Assembly (NCBI GenBank): GCA_036172245.1
Contig: JAYWIR010000077.1
Span: forward strand, 186,001 to 250,000
From: Raillietiella orientalis
Lineage: Eukaryota
Reading direction: 5' to 3'
DNA: 64,000 nucleotides
Part shown: in pieces, positions 13,230-26,100 of the stretch
How positions within the stretch are numbered: the first letter of the stretch is position 1
Layout of the letters: each line of letters begins with the position of its first letter
Position numbers and translations under genes: made by a program
The notes under the pieces: model-generated
The model's database searches: none
What the model saw: only the letters and a program-made list of their open reading frames with translations
Told to the model about the DNA's origin: nothing

Positions 13230-16200
13230 CTATAATTCGTCTTTCCGATGCTTGTTCATCTGACATCCGGGATAGAGGAAGTCACAGTTGGCTTTGGAGC
13301 TACCAGCTTTAATGGCTTTGGAGTATGATCTCAAGTTCGTGTACATATCATCTGGGTTACCTGACTGAGAAGAAACCCAAGAGAGGAGAGAACTGAAAAA
13401 ACAAACCACTAATTCCTGATTCTCGAACATTCACTTCTTAAACACTCGAAAATAAGTACTGTACAATGTTTACGCTTTTCAAAATTCTTTCAGCTGATTC
13501 CCTATCGAGATATCGAGGTGTCTGAAGGTTTGGATGATTGGGACACATTTTTGACACAATCGCTGCCGAAAAGATAGAATACATTACAAAGTTGCCAAAC
13601 ACGGGAGTTGTACGTCTAGATATCTAGATATCTCTAACGAGGCATCTAGTGATCCAACTGGTTTATAGACAACAATTTTCGAATCTGATCATTCATGCAT
13701 ATTAAGTATTGCGTACTAAGTATCATATGCATGAATAATCAGATTCGAAAACGTATTCTCGTACTTTCTTTGCTATAACGAAGAGGAAAAAAAATTGGAA
13801 TTTCAGCACCCAGCATCAAACAAGGACCCAAAGTCTCAAACCTTTTCGTTGATGAAACCATCATCATTAGTTTGACCATAGTTATAATTATGAAAGTTAA
13901 ATCAGTCGATCCCCGATGACCCTTTCTGTAACACCACCGAAAAAAGCCTTGAGGTGCAGTTGAGACAAAAAGTTGCTCGCAAAAGGTCAGTGAAAACAGC
14001 TATTTGCCAGTCAGGAATCGCTCTCTCTTGACCAGAGGGAGCATTTTAATGATACAAACTGCCCTCAATTTGATAGGAACACACTTTCTTAGGTGAAAAT
14101 ATCGATTTGAGGTAGCATGAATTTCATTGCCATAATATTTTCATAAGGCTTTTTGGACAAAGAGCTCCTCAATAGAGGAATTTTTATCTCAACGAATGAA
14201 ACATGCAAGTAATAGAGTGATAGAATCGGATGCGGACTCATCCATCCGTTAGGATGCCAAAAGTCTCTTTTAATGAGGACTAAAGTCAAAAGTTCTTGAG
14301 GAAACCTCGGTATAAGCATATTAAAGACCAGGTATTATGATGCCAATTGATGACCACGTTGTTTAGTCGTTTTAGAGAAGAACGTAGTAGTAGTGACAGT
14401 ACTTATAGGAGGTATTTGAGGTACTTGAAGTGGTACACGGGCGAGATTCGCTAATCTTCTGTTCGAATCTATCCAAAAAAAGGGAAAGGGTTTAATGAAT
14501 GATGAGGGGAACAAGATCTGTGGGTTTTCTCGACAGGAAAAGATAAAGCATGATAAAAGTTCCAAGCAGAACCAGGCAATGGAGCTTCATCGTAAGCAAG
14601 CAGTTAAAATTTTTATGTGAGCTTCTTACGTTTGACATCTAAAAGATGGAGCCCACTTGAAATACCATAGTATGAGTAATACTTCTAATAGCAACTCAAG
14701 TTCAATCTTTAAATCGACTCAGAATATTGTGTTAATCTCGGATGAGGTGCAAGAAGGAATACTTATTATGCTTCACAGAACATTCTTCGGTTAGATTTTT
14801 CTAACGGTGCCTCCAAAGAACTGAGCAAAACCGTAGCCACAAGATTAAAACAAGTCCTTCCTTGGGTAGATCTCCGCAGTATGTTTGATGTGGAAGGCGT
14901 CAGAAAAGATGTTCGTTATAATATGAGTTACGACATGTAGGAGGCAAAGCTAATAATTGCCAGATAAGGAAACGGAAATGGGACGAAATCCACTTGGAAG
15001 CCTTACAAACAGTTTGAATGTTCTCACAGAATAACGAAGATGCTTCTGACTCCGCGACAGAAGAAGTCCAGATCAGATTCCTGATCTCATCTTTCAACAA
15101 AAACGAATTGCAAAATTCCAAGAGATAGATGGTTCACTGATGTTGGAAGTAGAGATGTAAAGCTGTGCGAAGGAAGGTCTCGAGAAGCTCAAAGGGACCT
15201 CTCACAGGCAAAGCATTCAAGTATTCGTCGGTACATGCAGCCTTCTCTTCTCCCTTTGGAGAGAAAATCAGGAAAGAAAACCAATCAACCAGGACATAGC
15301 GGGACCGAAAGAGCAGGATTAACCAGAAAGGTTAACACCATCACTCGATTCTTGGATTACAAGCAGACCTAAAGTAGGAAGAAAAAAAACACTAACGATT
15401 GGTGTCAAGAATCAGCTTCCAAAGTCACGGTTACAGGAAAGTCAACCCTAGACACGCTCCTCTTTCCTTACTTTAATCCTGTGCTTTCATCACACGCAGA
15501 AGGTGTAAAGAAGAGCCTTGGTTATTCCCAGGATTCCAGATAGCTTCTGGCTTCTGTTCGAAACTACCAAAAGCACACTCACGCAAAAATAGAAACGCTA
15601 GGAAATCTCGATAATACGAGCACTCGCTCTTGCATCATGAAGCTGCAAAAGAGGAATAAATCGCCTAGCATCTGCAAGTTTTTGTTATCATGCAGGTGCG
15701 ATCCCTTTCCATCCTAAATCTTATCGAATGCAAGTGCGACCGGATCACCAAATACTGCGGTATTTCCTGGATAGGAGCAGGAGAGTGAAGGGGGAAGATT
15801 TGGTCGAATGCCTCTTCTTCACCGTACCCCCTTTTCCACACCCCCTAAGTTCTACGAATAAATTCTTTTAAGAACAAGCAATAGCAAGCGTCTTAGGAGC
15901 CTGAGAAACAAGAAGAATTCTTAAAAGAAAGAGACGAAAAACAGGAAACGCCTTAGTTGAAGCTGTTGGTTGAAGAGCTACAACTTTTGCCTTGTCCTGA
16001 ATCGGACATTCCGAGCATCACAAAGAAAAGCGCAAAGAACAGTTAAAGAGATAAATTGAGCACATGGTCAAGATATCAGTTCCACTGACTGCTGAAAGCA
16101 CCTACAAAAGACTAGTTGGTGGGCCAAAGAAAAAAAAAAAAATAAAACACCTCACTCTAAAGGGTGAGACAGGCCTCAGAAGCAGAACAGTCGGGGACAA

Positions 16201-19200
16201 TGGGGAAGTATAGTCAAGTTCCCATTTGGTCGGCTTGAGCTTTTGGAAAGTCCATGCAAGAATCATGAGATCACAAGTAGCTCCTCCGTAGGGCTGTGTC
16301 GTGGCCGGAAATCCCTCCTCACTTGACCGAGATGCGAGACAGGAGAGACCGAAGTCCAAGGCGCGGATCGAGTCGACTTTGAGGGATAGGAAAATCGGGA
16401 TTTCTTAGGCGACTGATTATCAAACATAAACATGAACGACACAAAGACAAAGAGAAGGAAGAAAAAGAAACCAAAGAAAAGAAAAGCTCTGCCAGATTCT
16501 TCCGAAAGCCCTCAGCATGACCACTGGTCCATCGAGAGGCGTCGAGGGATGATGCACGGTCAGCGGCGAACGGGGACCACTTTTCCGCAGGAGCTGATTC
16601 CCGATTCAGCTCCGAAGCGACGGAAAACAAAAAGGTGGAAATAAACTCTTGGCCAGGTGCTACGCTACGCGCTTCCCAGCCACTCCGTGTGAACGATCTC
16701 TCCTCGCTACCATCGAAACGCAGCGCCCACATCCCTTAAGAACTGCATGAGACCTCATGCCACAACTGTCGCGAGTTCCACAATGTCTGGAGGCCGCAGT
16801 CGGCTCCCTCCCATCCCACAAAGGTGGAGTCCCCTAGAGGATATATATTTCTACAAGAATGCACCCGACCAGATTTAAGCGATGTACATCATTTTTGTTC
16901 GCGCGCCAGGTGCACTGTACTTGTGCACTCTTGTTTTGTGTACGCATCCGGGAACACCCGAGAGGTGCACGCGCGTAAGGCTCGAATGCAAAACGGCGCA
17001 AACACGCACGCATGAACTTCGACGTCGTACTGACACGCAACACAGGCGCAGCTGAGGTGCTCTCCGTGAACGTGCGTTAATCCGAGTGCATACAAGCATG
17101 AGTTGAACATGCGAACGTGAGCCTGGCTGGCGGAGAGGCACACCTTCGAGTCGGGACCCCAGATGTCTTAGGGGAGGCTCGGGAAAAGTCGGCGAGCTAG
17201 GTTTCGTAGGGGTGAGCTGGGTATCCGCCTACACAAACGAAACCTTGGAATGGCAAGGGAAAACTGCTCCCTGACGGTCGATGATTGACTTGCGTTCCTG
17301 GTTGTTCTTGTTTTTGTTTTCAACAAGCGAATAACATGAACTCCTCTTGGGACGTCTGACAATGATCCACTGATCCAATGTGGAGTGGCAAGTAGTGACC
17401 AAAGAAGAGCATGCGACTTGAAAACCCCGGATCAAATTTCGCGGAGCTCAGCCACCTTGCACTTGGTGACTCAGAAGGGAGGGAGAAAAGGTCAGCAGGA
17501 AGGGGATGCCTCTCAGCCAGTTTTCATCTAGGGATATTGCTCTCGGTGCCAAGTGGAGAACTGATGTCAAAAGTCTGCCCACGTCCTCTCATTCGGGGAG
17601 GGTAAGATCTGAGAAGGAGGATTTCCGACGGTGGTTGGGGAGTGCGTAGTGATCTGTAGGGATTTTTCGACCGGTGTCTCTAGGAAAGGATTTGCATTTC
17701 ATTCTTTGGTATCGACGGGGGATACGATGCCGGAATAGCACTTGAGGCTTCGTTGTACGGGGCTGGTCCGAAGCGTCGGCAGCAGTTTGGTTCGACGTTC
17801 GGTATGCCGTCGCCGACGTCGTAGGCTCAAGACTCAGCAGAATCACATCGCTCCCAAACCACTCTTCATGCTACCCACTAAGGAGCTAGGCCCTAGCTCT
17901 GCATCCATGCAGCTCCCTTCCCACCGTCCAACCGGAAGGACAGGTGACACGAACGATACTGTGCGAGAAAGTATGATCTCGCAAAGTATGAAAGATCTCG
18001 CAAAGCCGGAGACGGAATCGGTAATTTTGTTACGAATTTACTGAGGACTGTTGCCTGAGGCAACATCCATCTTGATCCTCTTCATATCTGCCTCCAAACT
18101 ATAGATCTCCGAGTTAACAGAACCCACCTCATCCTCGGATTGCTCATGCCCGCCCAGTCCACCCTTCCCACTCCTCTCCGCGGGGCGGAAGGGGAAAAGA
18201 GATTACCTGAACACCTGGGCAACGCGCAGGGCCAACGTCACGTGTTTTGAGGGGTTGCTATACTTGTAGTTGGCTTTGCAGAGCTCCAGTTGCAGGCACT
18301 CATCGTCCGACAGCCCGTGGAAATACCCTTTCGAGACGGTGATTAGGGGATCCAAGACCGCCACAGAGAGGATGCTGCTGACGTCCATCTTCTCCCAAGG
18401 CAGGTTCATGTCCACATCCACGATCTTCGAAAACGCAGTCGTGCCGAAGACATCCTTTAACACGAACAGGTAGTCCTTCGGAACGACGGAGCTCAGGTCC
18501 AGGTGCTGCAGTTGCATCCAGTTGCTCATCAGAGCCGACCGCACAATGAGAAACATCTTGGCGAAGATCTCAGACATGGCCGAGTTGGTGAAAATATCCA
18601 GAATTATCTGGGAGGCCTCGGAGGGATCCGTCCATACATTTTGCAAGGTGGACAGGAAATCCTTGAGGCTGCGGTTCCGGGAGAGCAACCGAAGCAGGGT
18701 GGAGGGCTCTATATCCCCTGAGATCATAGAGTGAAGCATGCCTTGGAGCTGGCTCACGAGGTCCAAGAGGCGTTCGCGCTCCCGGACGGTCAGTACTGTT
18801 CTGACTAACCCCTCGAAGATCTGCTTGGCGCTCTCCCATTCCTCTGGGTTGACAGTAGAGAGGACGTGGTCCTGGGAGGCGAGAGCAAAGCCTACTCCCG
18901 GAACCGAGATCGATGGCACAGCCGGACTCCTGGGCATCAGCAGGAAAGCGTCAGTGAGGAGGGTCAGGGAAGCGGCGGCGCCCCTGGAGGCCAGGAACTC
19001 CAAAGAGATCCGAAGCAGCTCAGGGGCATCCGAAAAAGCCCGAAGGAGGCAGGGGAGCCTGGAAGGGTTCAGGGACGAGAAGACACGCTCGAGGGCAGGG
19101 TCGAAGTCCAGGAGGCTCCCAAGGGCGTCGTAATCGCTTCCTAAGGGTTGCTGGGGGCTTCCCAAGGCTAGGAGCAGGGCCTCCAGGGCATCTCGGGAAG

Positions 19201-20379
19201 CGGGGCTAGGTAGCCTTCGTTGTCCACCGGTGAATGACTGTTCGCCCGTGCAAGGGACCAGTACTCCCTGGAGGAAAGTCGCCAAGAAAATCCCAGGCAG
19301 CAAGGCCGCTGTCATGGCAACCTGAATGTGAAAAAATAGCAGCAGACTCTAGACGAATTTGCGGACCCAGAAATCCACAAGATATACTTTTCAAGAAAAA
19401 AGCGAACGAGGGCACGGGGTGCGAGTCATCGAGATCAGGAGCTAGAAAAAGGCAAAACAGAGAAGCCACAACCCCAGTGGGAAGGATGCCAAGGAACATC
19501 GGCACTGCCATAAGGTTCTCAGGGAGCGGCTTCATTCCAACCAGATGGCGCGGGCCAGTATAGCATCGGGCCCGCCGCCAGATGTACATGCAAGCGTACC
19601 AGCCCCTAGCAAGCGGAGGGAAATCAGTGGCACTATTCTCCTCCTGAGGCAAGGAGATTAACGCCGCGGCGCGTTTCTGAGGTGGTTCAGGTTGGCTCGG
19701 AAAAGGCAGGCGCTCTACACTGCCCCAAGGGGAGGAAAAGGCTACATTCAAATAGGTTGGGCTGCCGGCGGTAGCAAGGAGCGGAAAAGGAACCAGAAGA
19801 ACCATCATGGCAAAAGAGGCGAGAAGTCCTGAAGGCGCAACCATGAAGTCAGGAGTCACATCCCATGTGGAGCAGAGAAAAAGCTGTCCCATGTGAGCAT
19901 TTGCGGAGTAGCCTTGCACTCACGGAAGGTGGTGCTTCTGCCGGAGAGGAAGTGGGAAGAAGTAGGAAGAGGTGAAGACTTTCAGGCGGGTTTCTCTTCC
20001 TCCAGCCCAGGCGGACTTTGGTAACGGTTTCCTCCCATCTGGCTTAATTCTCAGAGAGTTGCAAAACGCAGTGGTGACGCTGGATAAGTCGTCGCGGCAG
20101 CTGCGCCCTCTGCTGTTACTTCTCGACATGGATTGGTGCTAGCACCCGTCCACTCCCCACCAGAGCATCCGGCCTCCCTCTGGCGGCGTGGTTGCTCTCC
20201 GAATGATACCCGTGCCGTCGGTGCTAGAGGCTCGCATCCCAAGGGTAAGGACAGAGGATGAAGGATTGTCCGGAAGCTGCATCAGCTAGGAATTCTGCGA
20301 CTGCCGGTGTCTGACGAGTCGGTCCTGAGAGAAGACCGGCAGAGGCACTGCGTCCTCTCACGTGACTTTTCTTCGTCAT
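13230..20379 (-). CDS. Secretory-pathway Leu-rich protein with C-terminal DM4/DM12-like Cys motif and KDEL; exons 20379-20362 (probable), 19321-18207, 13392-13230; about 423-431 aa
   Basis: The 370-aa ORF 19315-18203 has a hydrophobic N-terminus (MTAALLPGIFLATFLQGVLVPCTG) and ends at TTCAG|gtaatc. It joins in phase 2 to ttttcag|TTCT... giving SLLSWVSSQ...YSKAIKAGSSKANCDFLYPGCQMNKHRKDEL*. AATAAA at 13198-13203 (minus). An acceptor at 19322 and a mini-exon (acgcag|...ATGACGAAGAAAAGTCAC|gtgaga) add MTKKSHVA in frame. The pattern ECL..ELC...Y..A...G...C..LYP.C resembles DM4/DM12 by eye. Confidence 0.8.
13676..13751. repeat. 27-bp inverted repeat (hairpin)
   Basis: TTTTCGAATCTGATCATTCATGCATAT, 22-nt spacer, ATATGCATGAATAATCAGATTCGAAAA; 26/27 complementary. 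Confidence 0.9.
14100..15500 (-). mobile_element. Possible LINE AP-endonuclease relic (CR1/Jockey-like) inside the large intron
   Basis: Weak motifs LSVP...FPDFLSKGRREGCMY (about 15310-15231, compare GGGVCxY) and FTSLLPTSVNHLSLG. No intact ORF. Confidence 0.3.
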
Positions 20380-21379
20380 CGCTCCAACGACGGCCTGCGT
20401 AAAAGAGGAGTGATGTGAGGAGGCGGAACAGCCGCAGGTGCAACTGTAGTATTCCCGCCTCCAAGGGTTCTTCTCCAGCCAGGCGCTCCACGTTCTTCAT
20501 TTCCTCTCCTCACATCCAATCTTCCCTCTCGCTTCTTCCTCACCTAGGAGTCGAAAGACCCAAGGTCTTCGAGATCGCCTCTCGCCTCTTCCAAACAGGA
20601 GACCTGCATACTTCCACCGACCATCCCCGCGCATCGTTCTTCCCGTTCGAGCACTTGTTGCTTTCCCCGAATGCTGTAGGACTGTAGTACCGTCTTCGTT
20701 TTCGGAACGGAGCACTGCTGACTTCTTGGGACCTCCAGGAATCCCAAATGGGAACCGGGAGAGAGGTCACAGAAGACAGTGCAACTGTCTCCTCTGTCGC
20801 CAGAGGAACTGAGGAGGTTCGAGATTTCTGTTGACGGGGAAGCAGAGGCATTTCATCCCATCCCGTCCCAAGGGTAGAGAAGGTACAGGGAAGGAGTCAA
20901 GCAGCTACCCTTCCAGTTGTGGGGCAGCTGGCCTCCAGAACTGGAAACGTGCGATCTTGTTGCCTTCTTCCCGCTCTAGAACATTCACAGTGAAGACGGG
21001 TGGAAACCAAAGGGTGGAGAGTAGACGATCATGCCCAAGAGCAGCGGACCTCTCCTTGCGCCTCCTGAAGAGGGAAGGTTCCTGAAGGGAAGAGTCAGCC
21101 CTTGTTCCAAGGAGTGGTGTTAGAGCGTGGAACTCCCCTCCCGGGTTCAAGGCTGAGGGTAAGGGCATTGGCTATTCTCCAGCACTACCCCTTATCTCCT
21201 CCCCCTAACGCGGTCCTGGACGGAGGGTTGCCCAGAGGGGGGACTCGTCGCTTACTAAAGGGACAAAGCATGAGGGCGCCAAAGGACCGACTAACAGCCA
21301 CGCACTTCTCGAGGTGCTGCCAGGGAAGCATTGAAGAATCCACTACCCTGCCCCCTCCCCCTCCTCCGTGCCCCGCCTC

Positions 21380-22120
21380 TAATTTTCTTCTCTGACCCTG
21401 CCCGGAGAGCTCCGGCGGGAGGAGCCGGAGGAGGGTACGCACGCACGCGCTGCTCTCGCCTACCTTTTCGTCCGCGTATCTCGTCGTCTTCCGCTCTGGA
21501 GGCTGGAGGGCGAAGGAGCTCTGACCTCCTACACGAGTCTACTCGGTAAGCGGATCGGCGGCACTGAGGGGTTTCGCGCGCCGTGAGGAAAACGGCGAGG
21601 GGGAGGGGACCGATGGCGCTTTCGCTCGCACGCACCTCCAGCACGCAGCAAGCGGGGCTCCAACTGCACTCGGCAGTCGTGCGTCTGCGTGCTCAGGCAA
21701 GTCATTCTCCTGCCCTCCCTCGCTCTCCCGCGCGCCGCCTGCCTTCCGCTGCGGAAAACTCTCAAAGGTGGCCATACCTGCTTCTGCCACGCCGTCTCCC
21801 GCTGGCGGCTGCGGCTGCTGCTCCTATTGCGAACTGCTGCCACCGTTGCGGCGGAGGCTCGTAGGGTCGGTCCTCGCCGCGAGCTACCGGACAGGGAGTT
21901 ACTCCGGAAGGAGAGGGGCAAATGACCGGCGGGAAGCGACGTCCGCGCCGAGAGATGCGAAACAGCCGCAGCCGCTGTAGCGTCGCACGTGGTTGCGTCT
22001 CGTGCCTCCCGCGACCACGAACTCGCCCCGGAAATCTTTCCTTCGCGCGCCAAAACGGCCCTATGGGCATTTCGGAGAAAGCAGAGAAGCGTGGAGAGCG
22101 AATGCAGCCTTCCCATCCTC
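21380..22120 (-). promoter_or_regulatory. CpG/GC-rich island, probable promoter and first non-coding exon of the KDEL-protein gene
   Basis: Highest GC and CpG density in the window. On the minus strand there is an Inr-like GCAGTT near 21836 and a donor GAAGCAG|gtatgg at 21778/21777, upstream of the acceptor at 20395. Confidence 0.45.
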
Positions 22121-22229
22121 TTCCTCTTTCCATCTTCCTCTTTCCCAGGTTTCCATGCGCAACATTTTGTTTTTTCAGTTTGTCACCTTTTGCCCTATTT
22201 CTGTTACAATGATTTCTTATTTTTTAAAA

Positions 22230-22735
22230 TTAGATATTCATGTCTTCATTATATATGTAAATATATACGTAGGTATATAAATGTACACATAAATATATGT
22301 ATATAAATGTTTGTACTGATGCGTGCATATAAATATAGATGTATATATATACACAAATATATGTATGTAAATATATAGATATAAGTAAAAAATGTACATT
22401 TATATATATATTATTATATATATGCATGTATTTACATTTATCTCTCTATATATTTACATATCTATGTACATATTGGTATTCATATATATATATATTTATA
22501 TTATCTATATATATTGATATACGTAATAAAAATATGTATTTATTTTTACAATATTTAATATACTTGCCAATAATATGATCAACAACTTATTAATTATGTT
22601 AATAAAATGCATGCCACTGAATGTTAATAAATATTACTGGTAATAATATGTAGGTTAATAAATATGAACAACTATGTATATTAAATTAAATTTGCATATT
22701 AACTTACGTAGAATAAGCACATATGTTTATATTTT
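22230..22735. repeat. Degenerate (TA)n/(TATG)n low-complexity tract
   Basis: Near-continuous TATA/TACA/TATG runs with very low GC. Confidence 0.9.
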
Positions 22736-23137
22736 AGGATCGTTGGGGATTTTGTACCAAAGTCGACGTCCGGCTCCTAACCAAGGTAGACGGGCGACGA
22801 CTACCATGCCTACCGCAACGCCCCCAGCCCAGCGGGCACGTCCACCCGGAAGTGCTCGTCTTCCTGATCAGCCTTTGCCAACAGCTTGCCGTACTCCCGA
22901 AGATCGCGGTGCTACTCGTTTGTCTTCCCGAGGTCTCCCCTGATTTTGACGAGTTGATCAAGCAACGCTCCTCCTAATCTTCTCTGCTTTTCCCAGTCCT
23001 CATGGATCCCTCCTCTCGGCAGCGGAGAAGAGCGTGTGGCATGAACGCAGGCTCTCGGGGAAGGCGAAGCTTGGAGAAGGAGCGAAACACGAACCACCGC
23101 ATCTCTTGAACCTCGGGTTGGCTCTCAAGACCCTCTC

Positions 23138-23303
23138 ATTATTATGTATATCAACATGTATAGATAATAAATAAATAAACACAAAGATGTAAATAAATAG
23201 AGAGAGAAACATAAATACATGCACTTATGTAAAAATATATGTAAATATACATATTTACTTATGTGTGGATATTCATATACATATACGTACATCAACATTT
23301 ATA
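23138..23303. repeat. Degenerate (TA)n/(TACA)n tract
   Basis: AT-rich alternating repeats. Confidence 0.75.
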
Positions 23304-24246
23304 TGGGGTACTTTTGGATGCGTAAGGTGCTCTCATAATGGGAGGTTCCTCCCTTCCCCTTCTCTTTCCCTTTTGCCCCGTCTGAACCCTCGAAGGCTGT
23401 CCGCGAAATTCACTCCGAGGGACACTGAAGAGGCACATTGGCAGAGGAAGAGTGAAGAAATAACCAACGATCCCTTAACAACTGATGTAAGTGAGTGTGC
23501 TTGTCCCATTCAGGCAGGTAGAGGTTTCAGGTTGGGTCCATAGGATTGCCTCTGTCTTGGCAACCGGAAGAGGGGCACTCAGGAGTACAAACAAGAGAGA
23601 GTGTTGTCCTTTCTTTCGAATCTGGGGGGATACGGGGTGCTACCGAAGAAGTGGGACGAAGGGGCAGTGCTGGGATACGGCCAAACATCTCGCAGGAGTT
23701 CGGTTCCGTCCTACTGCTGCTGCTCCCCTCGGAGCAACTCACTGTTAAATACTCAGCAGGGATTCTCATCTGCCCCTCTTTGCGCAAGGCAGGTGTTTTT
23801 CAGAAGCCAATCTCCTCCCTCCCTTTTGGGAGAGGAAAGGGGGGGGGGAGATTTTCAGGCGAAGACAATCCACTGCGTCCTCGCTGCACTTACGTTTTTC
23901 TCCCAGGTAGGTGAGCCAGCTGGGCAGCAACAGTGCTGACTCGATCTCCGTCATTCCCGGGCAGCGCGGCGATGCGGCTGCTGAATGAGAACAAACCTAC
24001 CTATGCATTTGACGTGTCCCCACTCGCCTTAAGCGAGGCCCCTCTCGCTGTCTTCCTAGCACTGACGTCAAAGTCGTCTCCCATCACTAGGAGAAAAGGA
24101 TATTCCCTTCTCTCCCATAGCAGGCAACGCTGCTGCTAAGGGACCCACTATTGGTAGCTCGGGCTCATCTCTTCGGATCCCACAAAGAGGAATCCACAAG
24201 AGGGGAAGTCTATAGCAAGGTAGCACATGGGACGAATCCCGTCTAG

Positions 24247-24500
24247 CTGATGATAATGGTGGTGCTGGTCATGGATAATGTGGATTGGTGACGACGATGC
24301 AAATCGATCATAATGATGACGCCGATGATGGATGATGGTGACAATCATTATCAATTATAACGATGATGATGATGATGCTGACGCTGATCGATGCTGTTTT
24401 AAGATCAATAATAATGTGGTGATGTCACTGATAATGGTGACGGTGTTCTTGATTGCTGTTCTTGACGATGAATAGTGAAGAGGAGGAGAAGGAGGACGAA
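24247..24500. repeat. Degenerate (GAT)n microsatellite ending in (GAG)n
   Basis: Runs of gatgatgat, gataat and gacgat. Confidence 0.85.
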
Positions 24501-26100
24501 AAGGAAACTTCAGAGGGAACCAGCAGCTACTGAATGGTTCGACCTGCCTTTCGATCCTACTCCCGCTTTAAAGAACACTTTGCACCTCTGAATCGCCGTG
24601 GATCTCCAGCAGTTTCCTCTGGCTTCCTCCTGATCCGGCAGAATTTACCATCGTTCTCCATAATCAGGCAGTTTCAGGCATCCCCCTTATTCCTGGGTCC
24701 GCTCCTCCTCTTTGCTACCTCATCCTTCATTGAACATTGCTTGCTGCTGCTTCCCTGTGGCAGAGCTCTGGTAGAAGAGACCATGCATCGTCCCAAGCAG
24801 CTGTATTCTGAGGATAAGCATCCCGCCCACTGATAGTTGCAGAATTGCTTTTCAAGACATCCGCTTCCCTTCTACTGTTTCAAGGACCTCCCATAGAGAG
24901 TAATTTTGTCCCAGGAGGAACTTCAAATTGTCCACGGCTGTCCATGCCATCGCGCGCAGCATCACGCAATCTGTTTTCTCATCCGAGCATGCATACAGCA
25001 GGGAGCTCAGCGATGTTTCTTCTTCGTGTCCCTGGAGCACGAGCGGTCGCCCCGTATGACTGCAGAGGCAAATATCTCTCTGTTGGGATGGCTCACGCAA
25101 TCCGTATTTTCCTTCTCCCACTGAACCTCCTGAATCTCGTCCCTGGGATGACAGGAACATCTTTCCAAATGAGAAACTGAAATGAGAAAGATCGTGCAAG
25201 TAATAATTCTGGGCGAGTCACTTCCTGGTTTGGAGATAGCCTCCCTCCACTTTGTTGACATTGGAACTTTTTCCCTCCCACCTAAGAAGTTGATGTATGA
25301 GTGTCAAGTGCTATGCGAGTGTCAAGTCTTATTCGAAGACAGGGGGTAAGTATCTTATCAGCCTTTTTTCTTCTTCTCTGAAACGGCTGAGGCTTTTCCC
25401 TTGAGCTTTTTCGTACGTATGCATCGATAAGGGTTCCCACTCTATTTTGCACTCTTGCTCGAACTCACTCACAAGAAACACCAGGGCTTTGTCCTCGTGC
25501 ATGGCGACCAGTTCCAAACAAACTTGTTCCTGGTAATCGTCATCCAATGCAGAATGCAGCGAAGTGGTTGAAAAAGGGAGCATAATGAAAAGGAATCTCA
25601 GGACACAGTGGAGAATTCCATCTGCTGTTCAGTCCTAATACAGATCCTAGAGGAGTCTATATCTGGACAGCCTCAAGCTTCCCCTCCTCATGATGCAGAT
25701 GGTGGTACTTTTCCTGCACAGTGGGGATCCATGCACAGCGCATGCAATCATCATGTGACACAAAGAGCCAGAGGAGGGATGGGAGTTTCTCTGAACCGTT
25801 CCAAGTGCGAATCGGAAGAATCCACCCTGAGTCTGCTGTTCCCTGCAGTTCACTTCGTTCAAGGCTGGGAGTACATAAAAGGAGCCCTCTCCCGGATGAC
25901 AGTTGCTCTCCTAAAACTCTTGCTGTGCCTCCTCATCCAAGGTGAACTTTTTAGCCTCCTGCAGGGGCAGTCTTCCATCTAGTGCTACTTCCGCGGAACC
26001 GAGATGTGGCACCAGAGAGACATCTTATTCTCGAGATGAAACCACTCTGGTAGAGTTGGCAACGACTGAACTCTCGATCCTTCTTGCTATCTCCAGGCTG
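24500..26100 (-). mobile_element. Possible very old RTE-like LINE 3' relic
   Basis: Only degenerate motifs: EGKLEAVQI*TPLGS (about 25685-25640, compare KYLGS) and LGRCMVSS.RALP...KRRSGPRNK (about 24800-24685, compare WLGHV.RM...RLP...GKR..GRP). Confidence 0.3.

Noticed and set aside
19206..19919. 237-aa minus-strand ORF
   Set aside because: It lies mainly in the predicted intron, overlaps the real exon in another frame and has no recognisable motif.
21290..22310. Many overlapping Arg/Ala/Pro-rich ORFs
   Set aside because: Expected from low stop-codon frequency in a CpG island; no domain signal.
25090..25180. QGRDSGG resembling the trypsin GDSGG motif
   Set aside because: No His/Asp catalytic motifs or conserved cysteines nearby.
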